20,000 nt of DNA, taken from IMG/VR virus record IMGVR_UViG_3300046007_001549. One strand, 5' to 3'. Under the pieces are notes generated by a model that saw only the letters and a list, made by a program, of their open reading frames with translations, did no database searches and was not told the origin of the DNA. Shown in pieces: positions 1 through 8,565 of the stretch; the first letter of the stretch is position 1; every line of letters begins with the position of its first letter. The translations under genes were made by a program, and so were the position numbers. The DNA is from an uncultured virus (IMG/VR IMGVR_UViG_3300046007_001549). Its lineage: Duplodnaviria; Heunggongvirae; Uroviricota; Caudoviricetes.

Positions 1-309
1 CAGCATGAATCCGAAGAGCTAGCCAACAAGATTGAGGCTGGCGATAAGGATTATAATGAAGTGTTCCACTATGTGATTAAGAATGAAGGTACTCTTGAGG
101 AATACAAAACAAAGTGTACTAATAGATTTGAAGAGTGGTTCCATATAACTGCTGAATCCCTTCTTGATACTCTATGTACATGTGAGCTTTGTACTTCATC
201 TAGAGATGACCGAGAGCCAGACCCAGAGACTATCATCAAACAGATTATTGACATGATTATTAACCAAGGAGATGATAATGACAACACTAAGCAGCACAAA
301 AAGACCTGA
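1..309 (+). CDS. C-terminal part of a probable deoxynucleoside monophosphate kinase (5' truncated by window edge)
   Basis: Frame 1 is open from position 1 (QHESEELANKIEAGDKDYNEVFHYVIKNEGTLEEY...). H-x-SE followed by (D/H)YVIxNxGTLE resembles the C-terminal motif of phage dNMP kinases, and the ORF lies in a nucleotide-metabolism cluster. The N-terminal P-loop is outside the window. Confidence 0.55.
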   Translation, partial: QHESEELANKIEAGDKDYNEVFHYVIKNEGTLEEYKTKCTNRFEEWFHITAESLLDTLCTCELCTSSRDDREPDPETIIKQIIDMIINQGDDNDNTKQHKKT

Positions 310-1066
310 GACTGCAATCCTAGACGGAGATATTATTTGTTATCGTGCTGCTTTCTGGGCCGATCAAGAGGGAGTGGATGAGTTACCCATGCGTATTGAG
401 CATGACATTCAGGCATGGACACCAGTAGGTGTTAAGAAAGTGTTCATTGCTATGTCTTGTTCCCGTAAGGATAACTTCCGCAGGACATTCTGGGAATCTT
501 ATAAGGCCCACCGGGATGTTAAGAAGCAGACTCCAGACTGCATGGACTACGCCCTAGAGCTTATTAGGAAGCATGATATCGTGGAGATCCCTACCCTAGA
601 GGCGGATGATATCATGGGTATGGGGGCTTCCTCCGGTAAGTCTTTGGCTGTAACCATCGACAAGGATCTACGGTCTGTCCCCGGATGGCATTGGAACCCC
701 GATAAGGAAGCCGACCCTACCTTTGTGGATGACTATACGGCGGATCTAAACTTCCATAAGCAATGGATTACCGGGGATACGACCGATAATATCCCCGGTA
801 TCTGGAAGTGGGGGCCAGCCAAGGCGGATAAATGGCTAAAGCATATACCCCAATACAACTGGACGGCTGCTGTTTTGGCAGCTTATGACCAAGCTAAGCC
901 CCAAGATGGTAGTAAGTACGACTACGAGTACTGCTTAGCTATGGCTAGATGTGTGCGTATTCTACGCCACAATGAGTTCGATAAGAAAACTAAAACAGTT
1001 CGACTATTCAGCCCAATAGTTGGAGCTACTAAGACTGATAACCAAGGAGATACTAATGGAGACTAA
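278..1066 (+). CDS. 5'-3' exonuclease, T7 gp6 / FEN-like
   Basis: Motifs ILDGDIICY, YKAHR, LEADD, TIDKDL and GDTTDNIPG..GPAKA (H3TH). SD AAGGAG at 266-271 favours ATG 278 over 272. Confidence 0.93.
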   Translation: MTTLSSTKRPETAILDGDIICYRAAFWADQEGVDELPMRIEHDIQAWTPVGVKKVFIAMSCSRKDNFRRTFWESYKAHRDVKKQTPDCMDYALELIRKHDIVEIPTLEADDIMGMGASSGKSLAVTIDKDLRSVPGWHWNPDKEADPTFVDDYTADLNFHKQWITGDTTDNIPGIWKWGPAKADKWLKHIPQYNWTAAVLAAYDQAKPQDGSKYDYEYCLAMARCVRILRHNEFDKKTKTVRLFSPIVGATKTDNQGDTNGD

Positions 1067-1568
1067 TGTTACTTGCTATGATGCTGAGTCAGGAACCTAT
1101 ACTGATCCTAATCAATACAATATTCAATCCTATAACCACAGCCCACAGGGTATACCTATGGTATCCCATGATCCCCGCTGTAAACCAGAGTACAAGACTA
1201 CTGGTGCTGCGGGTGCTGATCTAAAGGTGGCTTGTGATGTACTGCTAAGTGCCAAAAGTGTCCACTTAGTTTCGACAGGAATTAGTATTGCCATTCCTTC
1301 TGGTTATGTTGGTCTTGTCTTTCCACGATCCGGCTTGGCAAACAAGGGTGTTACCTTAAGTAACTCCGTTGGTGTCATTGACTCTGATTACCGTGGTGAG
1401 ATTCTTGTATCACTTGTCAACAATAGTGCTATGACTGTCGCTCTAAATAAGGGTGATCGTGTTGCACAGATTGTGTTTATTCCAGTAACTCAGTTCCCTT
1501 TCATCTCTGTCGATAAACTCCCAGAGACTACAAGAGGAACTGGTGGTTTTGGAAGTACAGGTTTATAA
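1056..1568 (+). CDS. dut: Trimeric dUTPase
   Basis: All five motifs are present: AGADL, PRSGLA, GVIDSDYRGE, GDRVAQ and RGTGGFGSTG. SD AAGGAG at 1044-1049 favours ATG 1056. Confidence 0.95.
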   Translation: METNVTCYDAESGTYTDPNQYNIQSYNHSPQGIPMVSHDPRCKPEYKTTGAAGADLKVACDVLLSAKSVHLVSTGISIAIPSGYVGLVFPRSGLANKGVTLSNSVGVIDSDYRGEILVSLVNNSAMTVALNKGDRVAQIVFIPVTQFPFISVDKLPETTRGTGGFGSTGL

Positions 1569-1595
1569 GAATCTAGCCGTTTAAGAAGGACAGAT

Positions 1596-3476
1596 ATGGA
1601 TACATTCCAACAATTCATTGCAGTCAGCCGATATAGTCGCTGGCTACCAGAATCAAATAGACGAGAGACTTGGGACGAGACAGTAGATCGGTGGTGGAAC
1701 TACTTCACTACGAAGGTTCCCTTCCTATCAGAGCGCCCAGACATTCGGGATGCAATTCTAAATCTAGAAGTGCTGCCTAGTATGCGTGGTCTTATGACCG
1801 CAGGGCCAGCTCTTGATAGAGATCATACTGCTCTGTACAATTGCTCTTATCTGGAGATTGATTCAATCCAATCATTCTCCAACCTAATGTATATTCTAAT
1901 GTGCGGTACAGGTGTAGGCTATAGTGTCGAACGCCGCTGCACAGATAAGTTATCTACTATCCCAACAATCAACAAGCAGTTTGATACTGTGATGTATGTT
2001 GAGGATAGCCGTGAGGGATGGTGCGATGCGCTTTATCAGCTCATCGACAACCTCTACAAGGGTAATCATTATAAGTGGGACACAAGTAAGGTGCGTAAGT
2101 CTGGCGAAAGACTTAAGACATTCGGTGGTCGTGCAAGCGGCCCCGCTCCACTTGAAGAAGTGTTCCGCTTTGTTACTCAGACATTTTACAAGGCACAAGG
2201 CAGGAGACTATCTCCGCTAGAGTGCCACGATATCTGCTGCAAGATTGCACAGTCAGTCATTGTGGGTGGTGTACGCCGCTCTGCCATGATTAGCCTAAGT
2301 GATCTAGCCGACAGAGAGATGGCTACTTGCAAGAGTGGTGCGTGGTGGGAACAATCAAACCACCGCGCTTTAGCGAACAACTCAGCTGTCTACAATGGTA
2401 GACCATGCATGGGTCAGTTCCTAGAAGAATGGACAGACTTGTTCAACTCACACAGTGGAGAGCGTGGTATCTGCAATAGAGATGCCATGAAGGAGATTGC
2501 AAAGAAGGCAGAGCGAGATCCTGATATCATGTATGGCACAAACCCATGCAGTGAAATCATCCTACGCCCCAATCAATTCTGTAATCTATCTACTGTTGTT
2601 GTCCGCGCAAGCGATACACCAGAGACTCTTGCTAAAAAGATTGAGATGGCAACAATCATTGGTACAGTACAAAGCATGTTCACTCACTACCCCTATCTGT
2701 CGAAGATGGATAGTTCGTGGGAGAAGAACTGCACAGAGGAACGACTCCTTGGTGTATCAATGACAGGTATCTTTGACAACAAGCTTATGTCTGGTCTACT
2801 AGGCCACGGCAAACTAAAGCATGTTCTCAGTAACCTGAAAGAAACAGCCATCAAGACAAACCTTGATTGGGCTAAGAAGCTTGGCATTAATCCAAGTAAG
2901 TCAATCACTTGTATCAAGCCAGAAGGAACTACTTCATGCTTGGCTAACTCAGCTAGTGGGCTTCATCCACGATACTCTGACTATTACTATCGTCGGGTTC
3001 GTATTGACAAAAAAGATCCACTATATACAATGATGCGAGATGCTCAGGTTCCAGTAGAAGATTGCGTAATGAATTCCGCATCGACTGCTGTGTTCACCTT
3101 TGTTCAACGATCCCCTGCAGGATCGCTAACCCAAGACGAGCTGCTTGCTATTGACCATCTTGATTTATGGCTTGCTTATCAAGAATACTACTGTCAGCAT
3201 AAGCCAAGCATTACTGTCAATTACTCAGATAATGAGTTCCTTCCAATCGGTCAATGGGTTTGGGATAACTTTGATAAGATCTCAGGCATCTCATTCCTAC
3301 CTAAGTCTGATCATGTATATGCTCAGGCTCCGTTTGAAAGAATTGACGAAACTACTTTTAAAGCATACACCCATGTTGATGTTGACTTTAATCTTTTATC
3401 TCTATACGAGAAAGAAGATATGACAACCAGCTCACATGAGATGGCTTGCACTGCTGGAGGATGTGAAATCAAATGA
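1596..3476 (+). CDS. nrdJ: Class II (adenosylcobalamin-dependent) ribonucleotide reductase, monomeric RTPR-like
   Basis: SRYSRW...RRETW N-terminus, YNCSY, GGVRRSA, TNPCSE (thiyl Cys), FCNL, KPEGTTS and a C-terminal CTAGGC redox pair. There is no ATP-cone and no adjacent small subunit. Confidence 0.92.
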   Translation: MDTFQQFIAVSRYSRWLPESNRRETWDETVDRWWNYFTTKVPFLSERPDIRDAILNLEVLPSMRGLMTAGPALDRDHTALYNCSYLEIDSIQSFSNLMYILMCGTGVGYSVERRCTDKLSTIPTINKQFDTVMYVEDSREGWCDALYQLIDNLYKGNHYKWDTSKVRKSGERLKTFGGRASGPAPLEEVFRFVTQTFYKAQGRRLSPLECHDICCKIAQSVIVGGVRRSAMISLSDLADREMATCKSGAWWEQSNHRALANNSAVYNGRPCMGQFLEEWTDLFNSHSGERGICNRDAMKEIAKKAERDPDIMYGTNPCSEIILRPNQFCNLSTVVVRASDTPETLAKKIEMATIIGTVQSMFTHYPYLSKMDSSWEKNCTEERLLGVSMTGIFDNKLMSGLLGHGKLKHVLSNLKETAIKTNLDWAKKLGINPSKSITCIKPEGTTSCLANSASGLHPRYSDYYYRRVRIDKKDPLYTMMRDAQVPVEDCVMNSASTAVFTFVQRSPAGSLTQDELLAIDHLDLWLAYQEYYCQHKPSITVNYSDNEFLPIGQWVWDNFDKISGISFLPKSDHVYAQAPFERIDETTFKAYTHVDVDFNLLSLYEKEDMTTSSHEMACTAGGCEIK

Positions 3477-3667
3477 CAAAAGATACTGCTAAAGCAAAGC
3501 TTGAATATCCAACGGGGTTATCCCCCTTGGATATCAAGCTGCTGCTGAAAGATTTATACAATGAAATCGAACAACTCAAGATTGAAATCCGAAAACTTTC
3601 CTCGGATAGACCCAAAGTTGGTAGACCTTCTAGAGAGAATATACCCCCCTCTGGACTACAACCCTGA
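3473..3667 (+). CDS. Hypothetical 64-aa coiled-coil protein
   Basis: ATGA overlap with the nrdJ stop, GGAGG upstream and a heptad-like segment LLLKDLYNEIEQLKIEIRKL. Overlaps the next ORF by 107 nt. Confidence 0.5.
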   Translation: MTKDTAKAKLEYPTGLSPLDIKLLLKDLYNEIEQLKIEIRKLSSDRPKVGRPSRENIPPSGLQP

Positions 3668-3779
3668 TATTTCTTCTGAAGCTTTTGCACGACAAGCTGC
3701 CTTCAGAGCAGGCCAACTAGAGGTCGTTAGAAAACTAAAGGCTGTCGTACAAAGACAGAAGGAGGAACTATATGGGTAG
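3561..3779 (+). CDS. T7 gp6.5-like hypothetical protein
   Basis: Pattern P.I...LV..LE..YP ... FRAGQ.EVV..L is typical of the small gene preceding the virion/portal genes of T7-like phages. Start is uncertain (ATG 3561 or TTG 3582). Confidence 0.7.
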   Translation: MKSNNSRLKSENFPRIDPKLVDLLERIYPPLDYNPDISSEAFARQAAFRAGQLEVVRKLKAVVQRQKEELYG

Positions 3780-4095
3780 TCCAAAGATCGCTGGTGGTAT
3801 GACATATGCCGAACAGCAAAAACTGATGGAAGAAGAGCGCGAGTTTCAGGCAACACAAGAGCGTGAGCGTAGAGCATCGTCTGAAGCTGCTGAGGCTCGT
3901 CGTATTAGCCGTGAAAAGGAAGAGCGCGCACAGATGAAACTCATGGAAGAGCAGGCCATTGTCGAATCAACCAAGGCGGAAGAGGAAGCAATGAAGGAAG
4001 CCGAAGCTCAGGCTCAGTCTGCATCGGATATGAGAACAACAGATCGCAAAGCTATTGATTTCTATTCATCACTATACTCAGGCATAAGCCTTTAA
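3772..4095 (+). CDS. Small helical virion protein (gp6.7/gp7.3-like position)
   Basis: Strong SD AAGGAGG, MGSPK N-terminus, E/R/A-rich helix, directly upstream of the portal. Confidence 0.6.
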   Translation: MGSPKIAGGMTYAEQQKLMEEEREFQATQERERRASSEAAEARRISREKEERAQMKLMEEQAIVESTKAEEEAMKEAEAQAQSASDMRTTDRKAIDFYSSLYSGISL

Positions 4096-4105
4096 GGAGT
4101 AACCT

Positions 4106-5680
4106 ATGGAATCACTAGCAGATCGTTTTAATCTGCTGCATGGACAGAGGCAATCTAAACTGACAATCGGACGGGCTTGTGCTTCATTGACAATCCCATC
4201 TCTTCTTCCCCCAGAAGGATGGACCGAAGACCAGCAACTGCCTCAGCCTCATTCATCAGTCGGTTCGCGTGGAACTACAGCATTGGCAAGTCGAATGCTG
4301 TCTGCTATGATTCCACTAAATGATACTCCCTTCTTTAAGTTTACCTTACGGAATGGTGCAGAACCCACTACTGAAATTCAGCAGTATCTAGAAACAATGA
4401 GCTATCAGGTCTTTAGAAAACTGATGGCTACTAATTTAAGAGAAACAACTTATCAAGTTCTCCAATCACTAATCGTTGTTGGAGATGCTTTGGTTCATGT
4501 TGAAGATGATTTTAAACTACGCACTTCTCGTCTGGATCATTATGTTATTCAGCGTACAGTAGAAGGTGATGTACAAGAAATTATTACTGTAGAGTATGAG
4601 CTTAAAGATCCCACGGTTGCGAGTTATCCAGCTTCAGTTCCTGTTTCTGAAAAGGCAGGATATGAAAAGGTCTACTGTCAGTACATGTACGACAAAGACA
4701 ACAAGCTATGGATGTACCGCAAGGAAGATTCTGATGGCGAAGTAATTGCAGAGGGACAGTACGAAGTACTTCCTGTTGCGGTTGTTCGTTGGTATGGAAT
4801 CCCCGGTGAGAACTATGGACGCTCTCACTGTGAAGATAACTTTGGTGATCTTCAGAGTTTAGATGCTTATACTAAGTGCCTTATTGATGGCATGGCAGCT
4901 AGCACAGCTTTCTGGATGGGACTAGATCCAAGTGGTATTACTGAGATAGATGATATCTCAGATCAGCCAAATGGTTCTTGGGTTCCTGCCCGATCACAAG
5001 ACATTGCTGTAATATCACCCAGTCAAACCATGAACCCACAGGTATCGTCAGCACAGGTAGCTGTGCAGACAATGCGACAGGAGTTAGGTAATTCATTCCT
5101 AATGACAGGCGCATCTCTACCTACTGGAGATCGTGTTACAGCCACAGCAGTACGAATGATCGGATCAGAACTAGAAACAATTCTAGGTGGCGCATTCAGC
5201 GCCATTGCCAGAGATCTTATGTCTCCAATCCTACGAAGATTCGTCTTCCTTATGATTGAGAATGAAGACTTAGACAAGAGAATGTATGAGCAGTTCTTTG
5301 ACAAGGATGGCACTCTTAGTGTTGAGATTGTCACAGGATTGCAGGCATTGTCCCGTGATACTGATCTTCAGCGACTACTCCAGATGGGTGAAATGGTTCG
5401 CAACCTACCACCAGAAGCACAGGCTGCATTTAAATGGAGCGAATACGCTAAGGCTTTAGTAACTGCATTAGGATTTGACTCACGCAATTGGGTTATCTCT
5501 GAGCAAGAAGCTATGGCTATGCAGCAACAGCAGCAGATGGCACAACAACAGCAAATGATGCAGCAGCAAATGATGCAACAGGCTGGCAATGTTGCTGGTC
5601 AAGCCGCTATGCAGGATGTGCAGCAAACAGGTGGGCAAGGTATTGCAGAAGTACTTGGCAACCTAGGAGTACAAGCATGA
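4106..5680 (+). CDS. Portal (head-to-tail connector, T7 gp8-like)
   Basis: LTIPSLLP, S.G.RG...LASRML, P..PFF, RWY.IPGE.YGRS, RVTAT.VR, LETILGG and EIVTGLQALSR motifs, 524 aa, Q/M-rich tail. Confidence 0.95.
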   Translation: MESLADRFNLLHGQRQSKLTIGRACASLTIPSLLPPEGWTEDQQLPQPHSSVGSRGTTALASRMLSAMIPLNDTPFFKFTLRNGAEPTTEIQQYLETMSYQVFRKLMATNLRETTYQVLQSLIVVGDALVHVEDDFKLRTSRLDHYVIQRTVEGDVQEIITVEYELKDPTVASYPASVPVSEKAGYEKVYCQYMYDKDNKLWMYRKEDSDGEVIAEGQYEVLPVAVVRWYGIPGENYGRSHCEDNFGDLQSLDAYTKCLIDGMAASTAFWMGLDPSGITEIDDISDQPNGSWVPARSQDIAVISPSQTMNPQVSSAQVAVQTMRQELGNSFLMTGASLPTGDRVTATAVRMIGSELETILGGAFSAIARDLMSPILRRFVFLMIENEDLDKRMYEQFFDKDGTLSVEIVTGLQALSRDTDLQRLLQMGEMVRNLPPEAQAAFKWSEYAKALVTALGFDSRNWVISEQEAMAMQQQQQMAQQQQMMQQQMMQQAGNVAGQAAMQDVQQTGGQGIAEVLGNLGVQA

Positions 5681-5982
5681 AGAAGCGATTAGATAAAAGC
5701 AAGATGGCTTGTAATCGACCACAAAAGTCTCCCAAGGCTGGCAAAAAGAAAGTCGTTAAGGCTTGTGCCAATGGTCAGGAAAAGATTATTCATTACGGAG
5801 CAACTGGCTACGGTCACAACTATAGTGCTGCTGCTCGTAAGTCTTTCCGTGCAAGACATGGATGCGATAAAGCCAAGAACAAACTAACCGCTAAGTATTG
5901 GGCTTGCAAGAATCTTTGGGCTGGTCCCGGTGGTTCAACTGCAAGCTGTCCCAAGGGACGCAAGTGCAAGAAAGGTAAGTAA
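5677..5982 (+). CDS. Lysine-rich, Cys-containing 101-aa protein with RKSFRARH.C...A.YW.C motif
   Basis: ATGA overlap with the portal stop and SD AGGAG. 22 K + 6 R against 3 acidic residues, 6 Cys. Resembles an uncharacterised small basic viral protein family (from recall, not searched). Confidence 0.85.
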   Translation: MKKRLDKSKMACNRPQKSPKAGKKKVVKACANGQEKIIHYGATGYGHNYSAAARKSFRARHGCDKAKNKLTAKYWACKNLWAGPGGSTASCPKGRKCKKGK

Positions 5983-6113
5983 TGCCTTTTAAATCACAAC
6001 AGCAACGCAAATATATGTTTGCTACCCATCCGAAGATGGCGAAGAAGTGGGCAGCTGAAACCCCAAAGGGTAAGAAGCTTCCCAAGTATGCCAAGAAAAA
6101 GAAAAAGAAGTAA
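5982..6113 (+). CDS. 43-aa lysine-rich protein MPFKSQQQRKYMFATHPKMAKKWAAETPKGKKLPKYAKKKKKK (absent from ORF track)
   Basis: TAATG coupling with the previous stop and SD AGAAAGGT. The MPFKS..Q...M.A.HP..A..W..ETP pattern is one I recall from uncharacterised phage proteins. Confidence 0.8.
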   Translation: MPFKSQQQRKYMFATHPKMAKKWAAETPKGKKLPKYAKKKKKK

Positions 6114-6208
6114 TGGCAAAGCAAACATTCAAATGTAACTGTGGCAAGACCACACGACTAACAGGTAAGGACGCTACTAAAGTAGTGAAACCCAAGAAAG
6201 GTAAATAA
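6113..6208 (+). CDS. 31-aa basic protein MAKQTFKCNCGKTTRLTGKDATKVVKPKKGK (absent from ORF track)
   Basis: TAATG coupling, fills the gap to the scaffold gene exactly, carries a CxCG knuckle. Confidence 0.6.
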   Translation: MAKQTFKCNCGKTTRLTGKDATKVVKPKKGK

Positions 6209-6211
6209 CAA

Positions 6212-7153
6212 ATGACAGATGAGACTCCAGAATTGGACATGCAGGAACAAGTCGAACAGACTGAGGCTGCGGTCAATGCGGAACAATCTCCAACTGCTAG
6301 TGAGCAGGATATTGTAACTGCGAGAGAACGAGCAGCCTTTGAGACTTATGTAAAATCTCAAGGTGTTGCTATTCCAGAAAACTTCAAGGATGTTGGATCA
6401 TGGTTCGACTCACTTAAAAATGCACAGAAAGCATATACACAGTCGCGTCAAGAAATCGCGGATCTTAAAAAGAAGTATGAGAAGTCAGGCGACAATCCAA
6501 ACTTCAAAGCTCCGACAGAAGATCCAAAGCCAGCAGCCAAAGAAGAAGAAGTAATCGCAGTCGATAAGCTGCAGATTCCTAAGCAACCAGAAAAGACAGA
6601 GCAAGCTCCCGTTGAGTACGCTGTTACTCAGGATGATTGGAAGTCTTGGACTGTTGAGTTTGCTACCAAGGGAGAACTGTCTGCTGAAACCAAGGAACAG
6701 ATCAAGCAAAAGACAAAGCTTCCTGATTATGTAATTGATGATTATATGACAGGTCAGAAAGCAAAGCTTGAGGTTGCCTATAAAAAGGCAGCAGATCTAA
6801 TTGGTGGTAATGACAAACTCAATAAGGTCTTTACTTGGGCTAGCAAGAATCTTTCTCAGACTGAGCAAGATGGAATTAACTCTGCACTAGCAACACCCAA
6901 TTGGGAAATTGCTTTGTTAGGACTAACGACTAAATACGAAAAGGCTAATGGAACTACAACTAAGACTAATGAGCCACCAGCAACAGGTAAGAAAGTTCCT
7001 GTATCTGCAACTCAGGTTCCAGCAACTGCTTATAAAACTAAGCGGGAATTCCAAGTCGAACGAAACAACCCACGCTTTATGACAGATGCCAAATATAGGG
7101 CAGCTGTTGAGAAGCGTATGTTAATGACGGACTTCACAAAACTAACTCCTTGA
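6212..7153 (+). CDS. Capsid scaffolding protein (T7 gp9-like)
   Basis: Acidic N-terminus, IPENFKD, GG......WA..NL and C-terminal NPRF..D..YR..V motifs, located between portal and capsid. Confidence 0.9.
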   Translation: MTDETPELDMQEQVEQTEAAVNAEQSPTASEQDIVTARERAAFETYVKSQGVAIPENFKDVGSWFDSLKNAQKAYTQSRQEIADLKKKYEKSGDNPNFKAPTEDPKPAAKEEEVIAVDKLQIPKQPEKTEQAPVEYAVTQDDWKSWTVEFATKGELSAETKEQIKQKTKLPDYVIDDYMTGQKAKLEVAYKKAADLIGGNDKLNKVFTWASKNLSQTEQDGINSALATPNWEIALLGLTTKYEKANGTTTKTNEPPATGKKVPVSATQVPATAYKTKREFQVERNNPRFMTDAKYRAAVEKRMLMTDFTKLTP

Positions 7154-7289
7154 GACAGGATTAGTTCTAATCTATTTTGTTATATGGATTAGCAAAACCC
7201 CCGGAAGGCAATGGTTGGCTTTCCATATAACAACTTAACTTAAAGACTCCAGAGGAATAATCTAATGGTTAAGCAATTTAATTGTCTCA
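7151..7289 (+). promoter_or_regulatory. Predicted structured RNA leader (multi-arm junction) upstream of the capsid gene
   Basis: Nested inverted repeats: TGAGACA 7151-57/TGTCTCA 7283-89; GATTA/TAATC 7159-72; perfect 12-bp TTGTTATATGGA 7177-88/TCCATATAACAA 7222-33; CTTAAC 7234-39/GTTAAG 7268-73. Confidence 0.65.
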
Positions 7290-7322
7290 TTTTTAACTCA
7301 TTCCTTTTTAGGAGAAAACACA

Positions 7323-8489
7323 ATGCCCGATAATTTAACAGCAGCTGATCTTGTAATGCGTACAGATGTAGCTGCAGCCACCACAGGTGGCGCTGCTGGA
7401 GCTAACAAGCTTTGGCTCCCACTTTGGTCTGGTGAAGTAATCAATGCTTACGATCACTACAATGTATTTGAGAATGTCATCACTGCCAAGACCCTCACCG
7501 GAGGTTTTTCTTGGGAATTCCCCGTCACCGGAACCATCGCTCTAAAGGCTGCATGGAACGCTGGTGAGGAACTCGTTGGTGGCGACTCCTCAAGCACCAC
7601 CTTCAAGGTAAACCTTGACCCACGCCCAATGGCTGCTCACTTTGAGACTGACAATGTAGACCTACTCATTACTCAGTGGGACTACCGCTCAGAGCTAGCT
7701 CGTCAGGCTGGTATGACTCTTGCTAACACCCGTGATACACAGGTTGCAGTATCCCTACTCGCTGCTTGCGCCGTAGGTCCACTCGCTTCTGATCCACGCG
7801 GTCTAACCAATGCTGAATTCCCACAGCCAGTTGAAGTTTCAACAGGCGCTCCAAGCGCGGCTGATGATTCAGTTGGTCTAAAGATTCTCAAGGCCATTGA
7901 AGATTACTTTGTATTCATGCAGGAGAACAACTATCCAGCAGCTAGTGTCTACTGCGTAGTAACTCCAAAGGTATTCCAAGTTATCCGCGCTCTCGGTATT
8001 ACCCGCGCTGGTGACACCAATGCCTTTGAGAAGGTTCCTCTGTTTGGTGGCGGTCAGGAGTACGGTGGTATCGGTGCTGCTCTCAGCATGGGCATGAACA
8101 GCCTCACTGATTCACTGGAGTACATGGGTTGCCGCATCATCAAGAGCAACCACCTACCAAAGACCAACCTTGGCTCCGCTTCAATCGGTGCTTCCAAGTA
8201 TAACCTCAACTGCTCTGCTATCAACCTACACGGTATGATCTTCCAGCCAGAAGCCGTTGCTGGTCTATCACTTATGGGCATGAAGGTTGACACCGTACAG
8301 GATGTACGACGCAACACTCAGTTCACCGTTGCTAGCATGCAGAAGGGTACAGGCGTTCTCCGTCCAGAACTATGTCAGGCACTAGTCGGCGCTGCCGCTG
8401 GTACTCTTGACGCTCGTTCTGAGCTACGCACTGCCCTCGGTGCTAACCTCACAAGCGGCTTCGCTGCAGAGTATGCAGTAACCGCGTAA
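7323..8489 (+). CDS. Major capsid protein (T7 gp10-like, HK97 fold)
   Basis: LWSGEV (FSGEV-like), G.S..FP..G, D.RSELARQAG..LA and G.GVLRPE motifs, SD AGGAG, codon bias of a highly expressed gene. Confidence 0.95.
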   Translation: MPDNLTAADLVMRTDVAAATTGGAAGANKLWLPLWSGEVINAYDHYNVFENVITAKTLTGGFSWEFPVTGTIALKAAWNAGEELVGGDSSSTTFKVNLDPRPMAAHFETDNVDLLITQWDYRSELARQAGMTLANTRDTQVAVSLLAACAVGPLASDPRGLTNAEFPQPVEVSTGAPSAADDSVGLKILKAIEDYFVFMQENNYPAASVYCVVTPKVFQVIRALGITRAGDTNAFEKVPLFGGGQEYGGIGAALSMGMNSLTDSLEYMGCRIIKSNHLPKTNLGSASIGASKYNLNCSAINLHGMIFQPEAVAGLSLMGMKVDTVQDVRRNTQFTVASMQKGTGVLRPELCQALVGAAAGTLDARSELRTALGANLTSGFAAEYAVTA

Positions 8490-8499
8490 TAGAAACTAC

Positions 8500-8558
8500 A
8501 TCACCTTTGCAAGAAAGGAGGATAACATTGTTTATTCTTTCTTAAGGAGGTGATCCAA
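8500..8558 (+). promoter_or_regulatory. Hairpin containing two SD motifs, a 5-codon minigene and an extended 16S 3'-end complement
   Basis: ATCACCTTT 8500-08 pairs with GGAGGTGAT 8546-54 (two G-U) and AAGAAAG 8511-17 pairs with CTTTCTT 8537-43. AGAAAGGAGG 8512-21, TTG-TTT-ATT-CTT-TCT-TAA 8528-45, TAAGGAGGTGATCCAA 8543-58. Confidence 0.6.
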
Positions 8559-8565
8559 TATCTAG

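Noticed and set aside
1020..1055. TTG start at 1020 for the dUTPase
   Set aside because: It lacks an SD. ATG 1056 has AAGGAG at good spacing and a shorter overlap with the exonuclease.
1596..3476. Intein or intron in the RNR
   Set aside because: The ORF is continuous, of normal length, with no splicing or homing-endonuclease motifs.
5510..5630. CAG/CAA microsatellite
   Set aside because: It encodes the Q/M-rich portal tail common in T7-like portals.
8440..8545. T7 gp10B-style -1 frameshift extension of the capsid
   Set aside because: The -1 frame is open only 8447-8545, has no visible slippery heptamer and would add under 20 aa.
8543..8558. 16S rRNA gene fragment or primer contamination
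   Set aside because: The match stops after 16 nt (AATA instead of ACCGCA/GCCGCA) and is built into a local hairpin, so it is reported as a regulatory element, not rRNA.
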